Source of the DNA: Pontiella sp.
GTDB lineage: Bacteria > Verrucomicrobiota > Kiritimatiellia > Kiritimatiellales > Pontiellaceae
Direction: 5' to 3'
Length of the DNA: 64,000 nt
Assembly: GCA_050290185.1 (NCBI GenBank)
Contig: JBNKHE010000001.1
Location: forward strand, 706,713-770,712
In this document: positions 29,821-39,290 of the stretch, in pieces
Layout of the letters: each line of letters starts with the position of its first letter
Position numbering within the stretch: the stretch's first letter is position 1
Notes under the pieces: model-generated
Seen by the model: only the letters and a program-made list of their open reading frames with translations
What the model was told of the DNA's origin: nothing
Databases searched by the model: none
Position numbers and translations under genes: made by a program

Positions 29821-30909
29821 TTAATTGCTTCCGACGGCTCGTGCCAGAATCCGCTCAAAATCCCCTGCGCATTCAGCTACACCATAGGTCTGCCCGGAAA
29901 GCACACGGTCAATCACCCGACCAGGTTTGGAGACAAGAAAGAACCGGTCTGCGGGCACCACGCGCTTCGACGCCCCGATTCGTTTGCAAAAGTCGCGGGT
30001 TTTGCTTCGGATGTTTAAAACGGAACGAAGACCGGAATAGCTGTAGTAGTCTGAAGATACGAAAGGAGTGCGGAAAAAAGCACTCAAAACAATGGGGTGG
30101 AAGCGCTCTCCCACGTAGCCCGCCGCATTGGCCAGCAAGGCAAGCCACTCCAACGGATCCAGAACCTCTTCCACGCAATAGTCAGCAATTGCTTGCGCAA
30201 AAGGGCGGTCGGGATGAGGAATGAAACAGGTTTTCAGTCCCCTGGCATGCGCTTCATTGGTCATGCGTTTCAGCCAAGATTCCGCCCGGCTCGATTCAGA
30301 AAAGGTCAACATGATGTATTTCCCGCGTTCCAGCCCCCCGGGCAAGCTAGCACTGGAAAAATCAACCAACTGGGGCAGACAGGAAGTTGGATCGAATACG
30401 AGGTCATAGCTGGAGACTCCAGCCCACATCATAAATTTTTCCGTCCAGTTATCCCGCACGGAAATATAGTCGAATGATGCCAGATCTTTGGCGATCTGCT
30501 GCCGCTGCGAACGGGAGCATTTGGGAAACATCACCCCCATGCAGCTTGCGGCAATAAGCGCCTTGCGCACCGGCAAATCATCCGCCCACCGCAGCCAGAA
30601 CGGATTGGGATAGGCTCCACGTCCCGCAGCAGTGTTGGGAAGAAACCAGAGTACGGCATCGCTGCCAACCAACACCGTATCGATTTCATGCCGCAACGTC
30701 GCCGAACGGAAGTCTTCGTCGACCAAACACTTCTCCGTCAGCCTGAAATGGCCTTCCGCAAAACGGCGGCAGGCATGTTCGGCATTCTCCTGATTGTCGT
30801 ATACAAACACCTCGTGCCCTTGTCGCTCAAGCGCCTTGGCGCTCGCATATAACTGCAGGCTGGCTCCATAGTTCAGGCAACTGTGGTACGTCAGAATTCC
30901 AATGCGCAT
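29821..30909 (-). CDS. Polysaccharide pyruvyl transferase family protein
   Basis: MRIGILTYH..NYGA.LQ, VGSDAVL, ISVRD, DPT, FH. Confidence 0.88.
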   Translation of the reverse strand: MRIGILTYHSCLNYGASLQLYASAKALERQGHEVFVYDNQENAEHACRRFAEGHFRLTEKCLVDEDFRSATLRHEIDTVLVGSDAVLWFLPNTAAGRGAYPNPFWLRWADDLPVRKALIAASCMGVMFPKCSRSQRQQIAKDLASFDYISVRDNWTEKFMMWAGVSSYDLVFDPTSCLPQLVDFSSASLPGGLERGKYIMLTFSESSRAESWLKRMTNEAHARGLKTCFIPHPDRPFAQAIADYCVEEVLDPLEWLALLANAAGYVGERFHPIVLSAFFRTPFVSSDYYSYSGLRSVLNIRSKTRDFCKRIGASKRVVPADRFFLVSKPGRVIDRVLSGQTYGVAECAGDFERILARAVGSN

Positions 30910-30938
30910 GATAGATCGTCCTGGGGAAAATGAGGTGA

Positions 30939-32498
30939 TTATGCAGATAGGTGAAGGGCCATTCTGATCCGAGCGGGGATCATATCGATCAGTACTCGTT
31001 TTTCATCCTTATGAAGCACCAGCCACCAGCCCAGAATAGACGCCATGATCACGACAAATATACCCTGAAGCACAATCCCGGGATATGTATCGAGACTCAA
31101 CCCGACCAATGCGGCAATCGGAAGGTTGGATATCAGATAGATAACCCCCGTAACCAATACACCACTCAGCGTGTACCCCAGCAGTTTAAACCACGATAAC
31201 TTCATGATATAGGATGCATAAACCGGTACGAACAATGTATTTTTCAGCGACAGCACAACGGCAGTCGCCACCGCAACACCAATAGCTCCCATCCCAAGCG
31301 TTACCCCGAGCCAATAGGAAGCCAGTACATTGACAACGCCCAGTGCAAAAGTGAGCATGGCCGGCAATTTAACCGAATTGCTTGCGGTGTTTAAGGTAAA
31401 CAACGGAAGCACCGATAAATTAACCGGGAGATGGATGCAGAGAATCAGCAACAGAAAGGAAAACTGCGAAAAATCGTCGCCCAGCCAAAGCCCGAGTATG
31501 TGATGCCCATTTGCACAGATATAGGCCACAGGAACCGCCATCGCGAACGCCAATACCTTGACCATGAAAACCAAGAGCCGGCGGAGCGATACCATATCCT
31601 CCTTCGCCCAATAGTTCATGATAGACGGAGCCAATTGGTTGCTGAACTGGTTACCCAACTGCCGCACAAAATTGGCGATCACCAAAATTGCGGCATATTG
31701 CCCGGCAGCGACCTCCGAAATAAATTTATTGATAATCCAAATATCACTCCGGAGATACAACAGAGAGCCCAAACGATTCAATAATGTCCATGACGACATG
31801 GCGAATACCGGTTTCAGCAACTTCCAGTCAATGGCCCGATATGAAAAGTTAAGCTCAGGCGTAATGATACGCCAAATTTTGATCGCCACGCCCAAAAAGA
31901 AGATCTGCAGACCTAGATCGACATACCCGATGAAGCGCAGTTGCGGTTCAAATACCAGAAACAGCGCCACAATCAGACAAAATCGGGCAATCAAACTCCC
32001 TGCCATCAATAAATAACCGATATCGAGCCGATTCTTGGAAAAGAGGGATACGGAAAAAACACCTCCGACCTGCGCAAGCAGGAAACTCGCTCCACTGCAT
32101 CCCAGCAACAGCAACGCATCGACCTTCAATTCTGCGGGGATACTAAACAGCTTGTCAGCCAACAGCAATCCCCCTCCCAGTATCGGAATCTGTACCAGCA
32201 CCAGAACTATATAGAGGGCAAAGGCCGAGTTGAAAACCGTATTGGGATTCCCATCAGGCTTCTGCAACTCAATCGTCAGAAAACGGTTTACAGCGGCAGA
32301 AATCTGGGAAGTAATGATCGCGATCCATTGTGTAAAAATAGCCGCAATTGATACCAAACCGAAAGCAGCCGGACCGAGGGTCTTTAAGAGATACGGAGTC
32401 AAAAATGCAGCAGACAACGAATAAACGCCGAAATTCAAAGCCGAGCATATCGCATTTTTCGGAAGTTGTTTTTTGAGTGCTGAATTACTGTCAGTCAT
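30939..32498 (-). CDS. wzx: Wzx flippase (MOP superfamily)
   Basis: 12-14 TM pattern, TPYLLKTLG..AFG, D..IINKF, LWLG; start trimmed to 32498. Confidence 0.87.
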   Translation of the reverse strand: MTDSNSALKKQLPKNAICSALNFGVYSLSAAFLTPYLLKTLGPAAFGLVSIAAIFTQWIAIITSQISAAVNRFLTIELQKPDGNPNTVFNSAFALYIVLVLVQIPILGGGLLLADKLFSIPAELKVDALLLLGCSGASFLLAQVGGVFSVSLFSKNRLDIGYLLMAGSLIARFCLIVALFLVFEPQLRFIGYVDLGLQIFFLGVAIKIWRIITPELNFSYRAIDWKLLKPVFAMSSWTLLNRLGSLLYLRSDIWIINKFISEVAAGQYAAILVIANFVRQLGNQFSNQLAPSIMNYWAKEDMVSLRRLLVFMVKVLAFAMAVPVAYICANGHHILGLWLGDDFSQFSFLLLILCIHLPVNLSVLPLFTLNTASNSVKLPAMLTFALGVVNVLASYWLGVTLGMGAIGVAVATAVVLSLKNTLFVPVYASYIMKLSWFKLLGYTLSGVLVTGVIYLISNLPIAALVGLSLDTYPGIVLQGIFVVIMASILGWWLVLHKDEKRVLIDMIPARIRMALHLSA

Positions 32499-32581
32499 GG
32501 GGAAAATAAGGATTACAAGTTCGATTATCGCGCGGCACAAATAGAGGCGTCTTGCCTGAACAAAGAGAAAACCGTTTTTAT

Positions 32582-32597
32582 ACGCTACCGCCACTGG
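32582..32597 (-). promoter_or_regulatory. ops/JUMPstart-like element
   Basis: Minus strand reads CCAGTGGCGGTAGCGT, containing GGCGGTAG, in the wzc-wzx intergenic region about 84 nt before the wzx ATG. Confidence 0.6.
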
Positions 32598-32700
32598 TCG
32601 TTCGGCTTGAAACAACCGAGACCCTTACCTCTTCATTCTATTATTCCATGGCTCATCGCTCTCCGGGCAGGACTCAAAGCGTGAGGATTGCGGGATAGAA

Positions 32701-34905
32701 TCAATCAGCCTCATTGGCCTTGTAACCCTCATAGCCGTAACCATAGCCATAGCCATAGCCATAGCCTTCGGATCCGTCGAACATTCCTGCAAGCGAATAG
32801 GAAACACCGTTGGCAATGCATCCCAGTATGTTGGCATCCACTTCATGCAGACGCTGCAACGCAATTTTAAGCGAACGGCGGCGGGTTTTACCCATTCGAC
32901 ACACCATCACGACCGAATCGGACTTGTTGGCAAGCGCCAACGCATCCCCCACCAATCCCAATGGAGGGGAATCAATAATCACCCGATCATAGTTTTTGCG
33001 TGCCCAACTGATTAACGCGATTAAACGATTACGCCCCAACAGCTCAGACGGGTTGAGATCACTGAAAGGACGGCTGGAGATGAGATCCAGCGTATCAATT
33101 CCGCCACTGGAAATGAGATCCTCCGGCCGCAGCGTACTTTCCCCATCATATAGCCACTCCAACAGGGACGGGTGACTTTCATCGACATTAAAAACTTTCC
33201 CAATCTGGGGCTTCCTCAGATCACCATCAATGAGAAGGGTACGTGACCCGTTATGAGCGGAACTGATCGCAAGATTGCAGGCCGCAATGGTTTTTCCCTC
33301 GCCGGGCATCACACTGCACATGACCAGTACCCGCGTCTTTTCCTGCAAACGATCGGATGAAAAGAGCGTATTGATGCCGGCAAAAACTTCAACGATCTGA
33401 TTGAATTTATCCCGCAGAGCGATGGTTGCCAATTCGCCACGCGAATTCATTGTTTTCTGCGAGGGAATAGCTCCAAGCATCTTAAGGTGGAGGACGGACA
33501 GCTCGCTGACAGAGCCTATGGTATCTTTGAACAAAGCTATCAGCAACGATATCATGCAACCCAATGCCCCGCCGAGTAAAACACTGGTTATCAAGCTGCG
33601 CGGCTTACTCGGGTGAATCGGCACCCGAGGCACTTCGGCATCCTTAATGACTTTGGTGAAAGCCATATTTTCATCCGCAGCAAGCCTGGCCTCCTCAATC
33701 CGCCTCAAAACGGATTGATAAGAAGTATTTTCCACATTACGTTCGCTGTTCAGATGCTCTAACAGTCTGTTCCCGGAAACAATTTTCTGCTCAAGTTCGA
33801 GCGCTTCAGCTTTGATGGATTCAATTCGTTCATCTACCTGCTTTACCTGCTTGCTCAGCAACTCAATCTCGTTTTCTACTGCTTTGGCCGAAAGGTCGAT
33901 AAACTGATCCAGCCGATTCCTCGCACGAGCTTCTGCATCTGCCGCGCGTCGGTATTCAGGATGAATCTCCGTATAGCGCCCCGCAAGCGCAAGCCGACTC
34001 TCGCGTGCCGCGCGCCATGTCTGAATCAACTCGTTAAGCTGCTCTTCCTTCGGCAATCCGGGAGGAAGCATCTCAAGGTCAGGGTCGGTCCCCTGCAATT
34101 GCTTAACAAAATCGCATACCGTTCGTCGCGAGGCCAGCGTACTGATCAACGTCTCGCGCTCGGATGACACCGTCACCAGAGATTGATCTAAAACCATTTT
34201 ACGTTGCTGCAGCGAATCCAAATGGAGATCCTCCCGCAAATCCGCCAGTTTGCGCTCCATTTCACCCAAAGAAGAGCGTTTTTCCTCAACCTGAACCACA
34301 AGCCATTCCACAGCCTTGTCGGACTGGGCCTTGTTCTCCTGCATCATTAACAATCCAGCACAATGCGCCAGCACATTGACCAGCTTGGCGGCAAATTCAG
34401 GACTTGGACTTGAGTAGGAAACTGTAACGATATTTGCCTTGGGATCCTTTGACCATTGGGCTTGCCGAATCAAGATGGCCAGCAGGGAACGGCTAACACC
34501 CTCTTTGGAATCGGCGGACTCATCTTCGGGATAACGTTTGAAATACTCCTCGGTCGCCAATTTTTCCATGGCCGGAGATTTAAACTTGGCAAAGCGCGTA
34601 TAAAATACAACGCCTTCATCGCGAGACAAGCTACTGTCGTCGATCACCACATCGCCCGTTATCACCCTGGGCTGACGCACGCTCATTTCCATTTCGGCGT
34701 ATGCTTTATATATTGGCGTTGTATTCTGAATGTAGACAACGCCGCCTATCACTCCAAACAGCGTGAAAAGAAAAATAATTTTCCACCGACGAAGGGTCAA
34801 GCGGATCAGATTTAGCAGACTAAAACGCCCCTCCTCATGCATGGAAGATGTATGTCCTGGCTCCCTCTGAATCGGAGAACCTTGATATATATTGGATTGG
34901 TCCAT
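32701..34905 (-). CDS. wzc: Wzc polysaccharide co-polymerase / BY tyrosine kinase
   Basis: Two TMs flanking a coiled-coil; Walker A PGEGKT, IDGDLRKP, IIDSPP; C-terminal Tyr cluster. Confidence 0.95.
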   Translation of the reverse strand: MDQSNIYQGSPIQREPGHTSSMHEEGRFSLLNLIRLTLRRWKIIFLFTLFGVIGGVVYIQNTTPIYKAYAEMEMSVRQPRVITGDVVIDDSSLSRDEGVVFYTRFAKFKSPAMEKLATEEYFKRYPEDESADSKEGVSRSLLAILIRQAQWSKDPKANIVTVSYSSPSPEFAAKLVNVLAHCAGLLMMQENKAQSDKAVEWLVVQVEEKRSSLGEMERKLADLREDLHLDSLQQRKMVLDQSLVTVSSERETLISTLASRRTVCDFVKQLQGTDPDLEMLPPGLPKEEQLNELIQTWRAARESRLALAGRYTEIHPEYRRAADAEARARNRLDQFIDLSAKAVENEIELLSKQVKQVDERIESIKAEALELEQKIVSGNRLLEHLNSERNVENTSYQSVLRRIEEARLAADENMAFTKVIKDAEVPRVPIHPSKPRSLITSVLLGGALGCMISLLIALFKDTIGSVSELSVLHLKMLGAIPSQKTMNSRGELATIALRDKFNQIVEVFAGINTLFSSDRLQEKTRVLVMCSVMPGEGKTIAACNLAISSAHNGSRTLLIDGDLRKPQIGKVFNVDESHPSLLEWLYDGESTLRPEDLISSGGIDTLDLISSRPFSDLNPSELLGRNRLIALISWARKNYDRVIIDSPPLGLVGDALALANKSDSVVMVCRMGKTRRRSLKIALQRLHEVDANILGCIANGVSYSLAGMFDGSEGYGYGYGYGYGYEGYKANEAD
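32731..32766 (-). repeat. Hexanucleotide repeat encoding the Wzc (GY)n tyrosine cluster
   Basis: ATAGCC GTAACC followed by ATAGCC x4. Confidence 0.9.
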
Positions 34906-35055
34906 TGTTTACCGTTAATTTCAAAGGTATAGAGCAGTTATTGGGCCAAAAGGTATCAGGCGGTCGCTGATGCGATCAATCAGTATGAGATTGTAAACGG
35001 CACCCTGATTCGATGAGAGATTAAAAACCAATGTTCATTGCTTTTTTTACCGAGC

Positions 35056-35083
35056 AAAAAATAAAGGCCTCAACTTGAGGCCT
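35056..35083 (-). terminator. Intrinsic terminator after the PEP-CTERM gene
   Basis: AGGCCTCA-act-TGAGGCCT hairpin followed by TTATTTTTT on the minus strand. Confidence 0.7.
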
Positions 35084-35103
35084 CATACCGTTCCAGTCAT
35101 GGC

Positions 35104-36270
35104 TTATTTCATTATCTTGGCTAGAAGGGTATCCAAGTGCTTTACTGCGCTCTCCCTCACGGCCTCAGAGCGAGTCTCGAACCGTTCCAAACATACAACA
35201 ACCCAATTCCAGAACGCTTTGTCCAGTTCCCGCCTGGAGTTTGCAACGGAAGTCTTAACTCTTTCACATCCGTCTTTAGCGGTTGAACCCACAATCTGAA
35301 TCAAGTCCACACGTTCATAATCATACGGCATATCATCCGCTGATTTAAAGTCATCACAGGCACGTCCACGGATCGGAATTAGTGAGAGCCCAAGGCGCTT
35401 ACGTCGACGCATAGTCCGAGTCAGGAACAGACCCACCGTACTGAGACTCATCAGGCTGATCGTGCCCGGCTCAGGAACGGCAACCACGCGCATTCCCACC
35501 GACTGGTGCTCGAGACTATAGGCATCCTGCGCTCGTGAAGCCGAACTTAGTAAAGTCCCTAAGTTATTGTATGCCCCGCCCCGGAAAGCGATGTCCTCTG
35601 CAACCGGAAGATTCAGAGTTCCGTCATAGGCGCTCTCGGTCCACTCCCAAACATTGCCCATCATGTTCTTGGTGCCATTCTGTTCAACCGCTCCGGACTC
35701 GACGGCCCATGCCGCGGTGCCGTCATAGTTTGCATCCGCACCCTGCGTCGGAATCGTGGAGGTTCCATTGGCATAGGTGGAGTATGAGCCCGTGCCATAG
35801 TAGGCGGCCTTGTACCATTCGTCTTCAGTAGGCAGAAGATATACTTGGCCGTAGGTGGAAACCAATGCATCCATCGAGGCCCCGCTATGGGCGGTTACGT
35901 TGGTTACCTGCCCTCCGGAAATCGTATAGGCTCCGCTTGCTACGTCTCCGGATGTCATGAAGTTGCAGAAGCGGGCCGCTTCTACAAAACTAATTTTTAC
36001 GGCCGGGGCATTGCTGACGCCCAGGGCAGACCAGGAATTCTCGTTGCCATTACCGGCTCCGGTCGCCGCCTGAAACTGGCTCAGGGTTACCTCTGTTCTT
36101 CCGATGCGGTAGTCGTAGCCGACCGCACCGTATCCTGTACCATCGGCAGCGTTTCCCGCATCTCCGATGGCTTGGAAGTCCATTTTAATACCATGGATAT
36201 TGTCGGCCATTGCCATGGTTCCGCTCACAGCCAGCGCAAGCATAGTTCCGATGATTTTATTGCAGCTCAT
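35104..36270 (-). CDS. SUMF1/FGE-like domain protein with PEP-CTERM signal and long C-terminal extension
   Basis: Signal peptide; LPTEDEWYKAAYY, MGNVWEW, RGG; VPEP-TM-RRRKR followed by 96 more residues. Confidence 0.87.
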   Translation of the reverse strand: MSCNKIIGTMLALAVSGTMAMADNIHGIKMDFQAIGDAGNAADGTGYGAVGYDYRIGRTEVTLSQFQAATGAGNGNENSWSALGVSNAPAVKISFVEAARFCNFMTSGDVASGAYTISGGQVTNVTAHSGASMDALVSTYGQVYLLPTEDEWYKAAYYGTGSYSTYANGTSTIPTQGADANYDGTAAWAVESGAVEQNGTKNMMGNVWEWTESAYDGTLNLPVAEDIAFRGGAYNNLGTLLSSASRAQDAYSLEHQSVGMRVVAVPEPGTISLMSLSTVGLFLTRTMRRRKRLGLSLIPIRGRACDDFKSADDMPYDYERVDLIQIVGSTAKDGCERVKTSVANSRRELDKAFWNWVVVCLERFETRSEAVRESAVKHLDTLLAKIMK

Positions 36271-36404
36271 AATTTACCGCCTTATCTAAATATATAATAC
36301 GTTCTATTCCCATCGACACTATACAAAGGGAGCTTGGAGCTCCATTGCAAAATACAAGTTTTTTTGATACTAACAACTACCCAAAAGCATGTCTTTTCAA
36401 GATA

Positions 36405-37544
36405 TCAATAAGCAAATACAGCGCCGCAGGAAACCACTCGCCGATCTGCGTCTTCTTCCTCTGCAATGTAACTCCCGGACAAGTTGACTGTGACCCTGCG
36501 GCCCACATCGTATTCAATCTTCCCGTTTGCAAAATGCCGAGTCTCAACCTGCCCCGATTTAATCGTTTCCTGGCGGTCATGCAAAATCTGCGCACTGAGC
36601 CTCACTCGCTCCCAGATGGCCCAGCCGCCGCCGTAACCTGCTCGATAGACCTGTCTGGCCCCCAAACTACCAGTTCCCGGTTGATAGGCGCTCTCACCAA
36701 ACACATAAGCAGAAGTCTTTTCGGTCGGTTGCCAGTGAACATTCAGCGAACCTTGCATGCCCTGGTCCGTTCCAGTCTCTTCATAATCGGCAGCGGAGAC
36801 CCCAATCGCTCCACTCCAGCTGAGCTTATCCGAATATCGACTCTCTGCCCCAACGGACACCGTAGTCACCGTGCCGTCCTCATCGTTGCCAAACTGGAGA
36901 TCATAGCGCCCCAAGAGACTCAGCAATGTCCGCGACGAAAAGGCATATCTAACGCGAAGACTGGCGGAATGCTCATACCATTTCAAATCCGGAAGGCCAG
37001 CAATCGTCTGTTCGTAGTACATCGCGTCATACCTAGGCAAGAGCGAGGTCTTTTCCGACAGCAGCCTTTCATACCCGACACCCGCATTGGCTCTTGTACG
37101 CGTCGAGGTCCTTGCGGTTAAAATGTCCGGAAGGTTTGATCCTCCGCCATCCTTCACCTTGGTCTCATAATCGACCGTTTTCGCGTGATTGACAGAAGCA
37201 CTCAACTTCAGAGGAGACGCCTCGCTCGACAACGCCCCGCTGAAACCGTAGAAGTCATCGCTTGCTTCCGAATTTTCATCATAGGCCCGATACCCATAAT
37301 GGCCCGAACCTCCGATACCGTACAGAGCCTCGCCATTATTGAACCGGGTAGAAGCAGTGGTCTCCGCATAAAAGTCGCCGGAGGATCCATCTTTCTTATC
37401 ATAAGCACCCAACAGCTCCAACTCAGGAAAAAACCAGAAGTTACCGATATCAAAACCACTCTCATTCTCGGCATATTGCGCCAGTGCCGCGGAACCAAAA
37501 AAAACAAAGGCAAGAAGTAGCACAAGATATCGCTTTAGCGGCAT
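36405..37544 (-). CDS. Outer-membrane beta-barrel associated with polysaccharide export
   Basis: Signal peptide, alternating amphipathic strands, terminal aromatic residues (VFAY); coupled to wza. Confidence 0.8.
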   Translation of the reverse strand: MPLKRYLVLLLAFVFFGSAALAQYAENESGFDIGNFWFFPELELLGAYDKKDGSSGDFYAETTASTRFNNGEALYGIGGSGHYGYRAYDENSEASDDFYGFSGALSSEASPLKLSASVNHAKTVDYETKVKDGGGSNLPDILTARTSTRTRANAGVGYERLLSEKTSLLPRYDAMYYEQTIAGLPDLKWYEHSASLRVRYAFSSRTLLSLLGRYDLQFGNDEDGTVTTVSVGAESRYSDKLSWSGAIGVSAADYEETGTDQGMQGSLNVHWQPTEKTSAYVFGESAYQPGTGSLGARQVYRAGYGGGWAIWERVRLSAQILHDRQETIKSGQVETRHFANGKIEYDVGRRVTVNLSGSYIAEEEDADRRVVSCGAVFAY

Positions 37545-38203
37545 CAGAACACCCTTTCTGGAACAAAGACAATGTCGCCCTCTTTCAATGTCAGATCGTC
37601 ATCGGCATTGCCCGATTTTCCAATCGTGCCAAAATCGACCTTCACACGAACCTTCTGTCCACTGGCATTGATGCGAGTGACCTGGATTTCAGATGTTTTT
37701 GCACTGGGCGCAAAACCTCCAGCCGCCCGAATCGCCGCAGAAAGACGGATTTCGGGTCCTGACTCAAGCTGAACAGGCCCCGGATTCCTCACCCGTCCCA
37801 TCACGGAAACCTGGCCCCATTCGGACTCCCCCCCGGTACCAATAAGGGAGACCATAACCACGGGTCTACTCACGTAGTATGAGCTATAGCGCTTGGTTAT
37901 TACTGAGCGTGCCGCATCGAGTTTCAGCCCGCCAACCCCCACATCACCCACCAAAGGAAGAGTGACAAATCCAAGATGATTGATGATTGCACGATGCGCC
38001 GAATATTCCATGCGCCCATCGACCTCCACCGATACCTCAAGGGCATCTCCCACGGTTAATCTTGAAACTTCCGCGGCATCCTCCCCTGCAGCAAGCTGAC
38101 TGAACCCCTGAGCATCCACCGTGGTGGTACTTGTCGACTCACAGCCATTCATTGCGATAACAAACAGTAAAATCAGGAAACTATAAACCAACGACCTAAG
38201 CAT
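37544..38203 (-). CDS. wza: Short Wza/OPX polysaccharide export lipoprotein
   Basis: Lipobox MNGC; L..GD, G.VTLPLVG, GRVRNPG, AIRAAGG, LKEGDIVFVP; start trimmed to 38203. Confidence 0.9.
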   Translation of the reverse strand: MLRSLVYSFLILLFVIAMNGCESTSTTTVDAQGFSQLAAGEDAAEVSRLTVGDALEVSVEVDGRMEYSAHRAIINHLGFVTLPLVGDVGVGGLKLDAARSVITKRYSSYYVSRPVVMVSLIGTGGESEWGQVSVMGRVRNPGPVQLESGPEIRLSAAIRAAGGFAPSAKTSEIQVTRINASGQKVRVKVDFGTIGKSGNADDDLTLKEGDIVFVPERVF

Positions 38204-38220
38204 CAAAATCTCCGAACCCA

Positions 38221-38257
38221 TAAAGAACAACCCCAAGACGAGCAGGGTTGTTCTTTA
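38221..38257 (-). terminator. Hairpin immediately upstream of wza (terminator/attenuator-like)
   Basis: Perfect 13-bp inverted repeat TAAAGAACAACCC / GGGTTGTTCTTTA with an 11-nt loop. Confidence 0.6.
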
Positions 38258-38301
38258 AACCATAACGATGTTCCAGCGCAAGCCATTCCAGAGCCTGCTT
38301 A

Positions 38302-38736
38302 CTACTCAGGCGTGCTGGGAGGAAGGCTTGGAGGGGCTCCCAAGAATGAACCACCCGGGTCGACCGAACCGGCAGAGCCGCCGCCTCCGCCACTCCCTCC
38401 AGCGGATGATGCCGCAACGACACCCCCTGCCACGACAGCCTGACCTAAAAATATTCTGCCTGTTCGGCCTGGATCATCGCTCCACGCACCGGGATTCATC
38501 CACGAAAGACTCCCGCCAGTCGCAATCGGAGACTTCCAACGGCGAGGGGATACCAGAGCAAAAAAATCCCCCATGGATGTAAACTCAACACCGACTTCAG
38601 CATACCGCCCATATTCGGTGGCTTGCCCTGAGCCAACCAGTCGTGGCCCGCGCGGACCCTGCGCTCCAGGCATGGTGGCGCATCCAGTTAACATCGACAT
38701 ACATAGACACCCACTGATTAATTTTGCTGCGTTCAT
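38302..38736 (-). CDS. Hypothetical lipoprotein
   Basis: Lipobox LTGC; GAGG RBS; Gly/Ser-rich C-terminus. Confidence 0.7.
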   Translation of the reverse strand: MNAAKLISGCLCMSMLTGCATMPGAQGPRGPRLVGSGQATEYGRYAEVGVEFTSMGDFFALVSPRRWKSPIATGGSLSWMNPGAWSDDPGRTGRIFLGQAVVAGGVVAASSAGGSGGGGGSAGSVDPGGSFLGAPPSLPPSTPE

Positions 38737-38802
38737 GCTTCACCTCTTGTGCTTCGTTGCTGACAAGCGGCCGGTCGGAAAGACCTGCCTAGCATGATAT
38801 TG

Positions 38803-38819
38803 AGCAATTCCAGTGCCAA
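38803..38819 (-). promoter_or_regulatory. Sigma-54 (-24/-12) promoter
   Basis: Minus strand TTGGCAC-TGGAA-TTGCT, an exact consensus match about 70 nt upstream of ATG 38736. Confidence 0.8.
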
Positions 38820-38910
38820 CAGGACGCCTTCCCGACAATAATTTAAAACAGCGATTCCCCTCTCCGGAAATCAATCGGGGATCTCTCATCAAAATGCATG
38901 GCATGCATAT

Positions 38911-38950
38911 AAAAAAGGCGCTGTTTCGATACATCGAAACGGCGCCTTTT
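38911..38950 (-). terminator. Intrinsic terminator
   Basis: AAAAGGCGC-TGTTTCGAT-ac-ATCGAAACG-GCGCCTTTT long stem with a U-tract on the minus strand. Confidence 0.85.
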
Positions 38951-38971
38951 AGCTCGGAAACACCCGAACGA

Positions 38972-39274
38972 TCAGTCGGTCAGAAAGTGCCCAACCCACT
39001 TCCCAAAAATATATTCGTCACTCGCCTCATCCCAAAGCCCTATCCAGTACCATCTGCCCCAGGAAGGTAGCTGAAAGCGGTAGTAACCCGTATGATCATA
39101 ACTTTGATGTGCCTGAAGCCATTGTCCCGCCGTCTCATCCCAAACACATACCAGATAGTCTCCCTCGACTGCAGGCAGAGCAATCTGCTCCTCAGGCAAC
39201 CCAATTTGTCCGCTCCAGACACAGGCGTTTCCGCATACAATCAACATTGCCAATGATAGAATTATTTTTTTCAT
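38972..39274 (-). CDS. Small secreted Trp-rich hypothetical protein
   Basis: MKKIILSL signal peptide, AGAGG RBS; homologous to the C-terminus of the upstream gene. Confidence 0.8.
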   Translation of the reverse strand: MKKIILSLAMLIVCGNACVWSGQIGLPEEQIALPAVEGDYLVCVWDETAGQWLQAHQSYDHTGYYRFQLPSWGRWYWIGLWDEASDEYIFGKWVGHFLTD

Positions 39275-39290
39275 GTTATACCTCTAAAGA

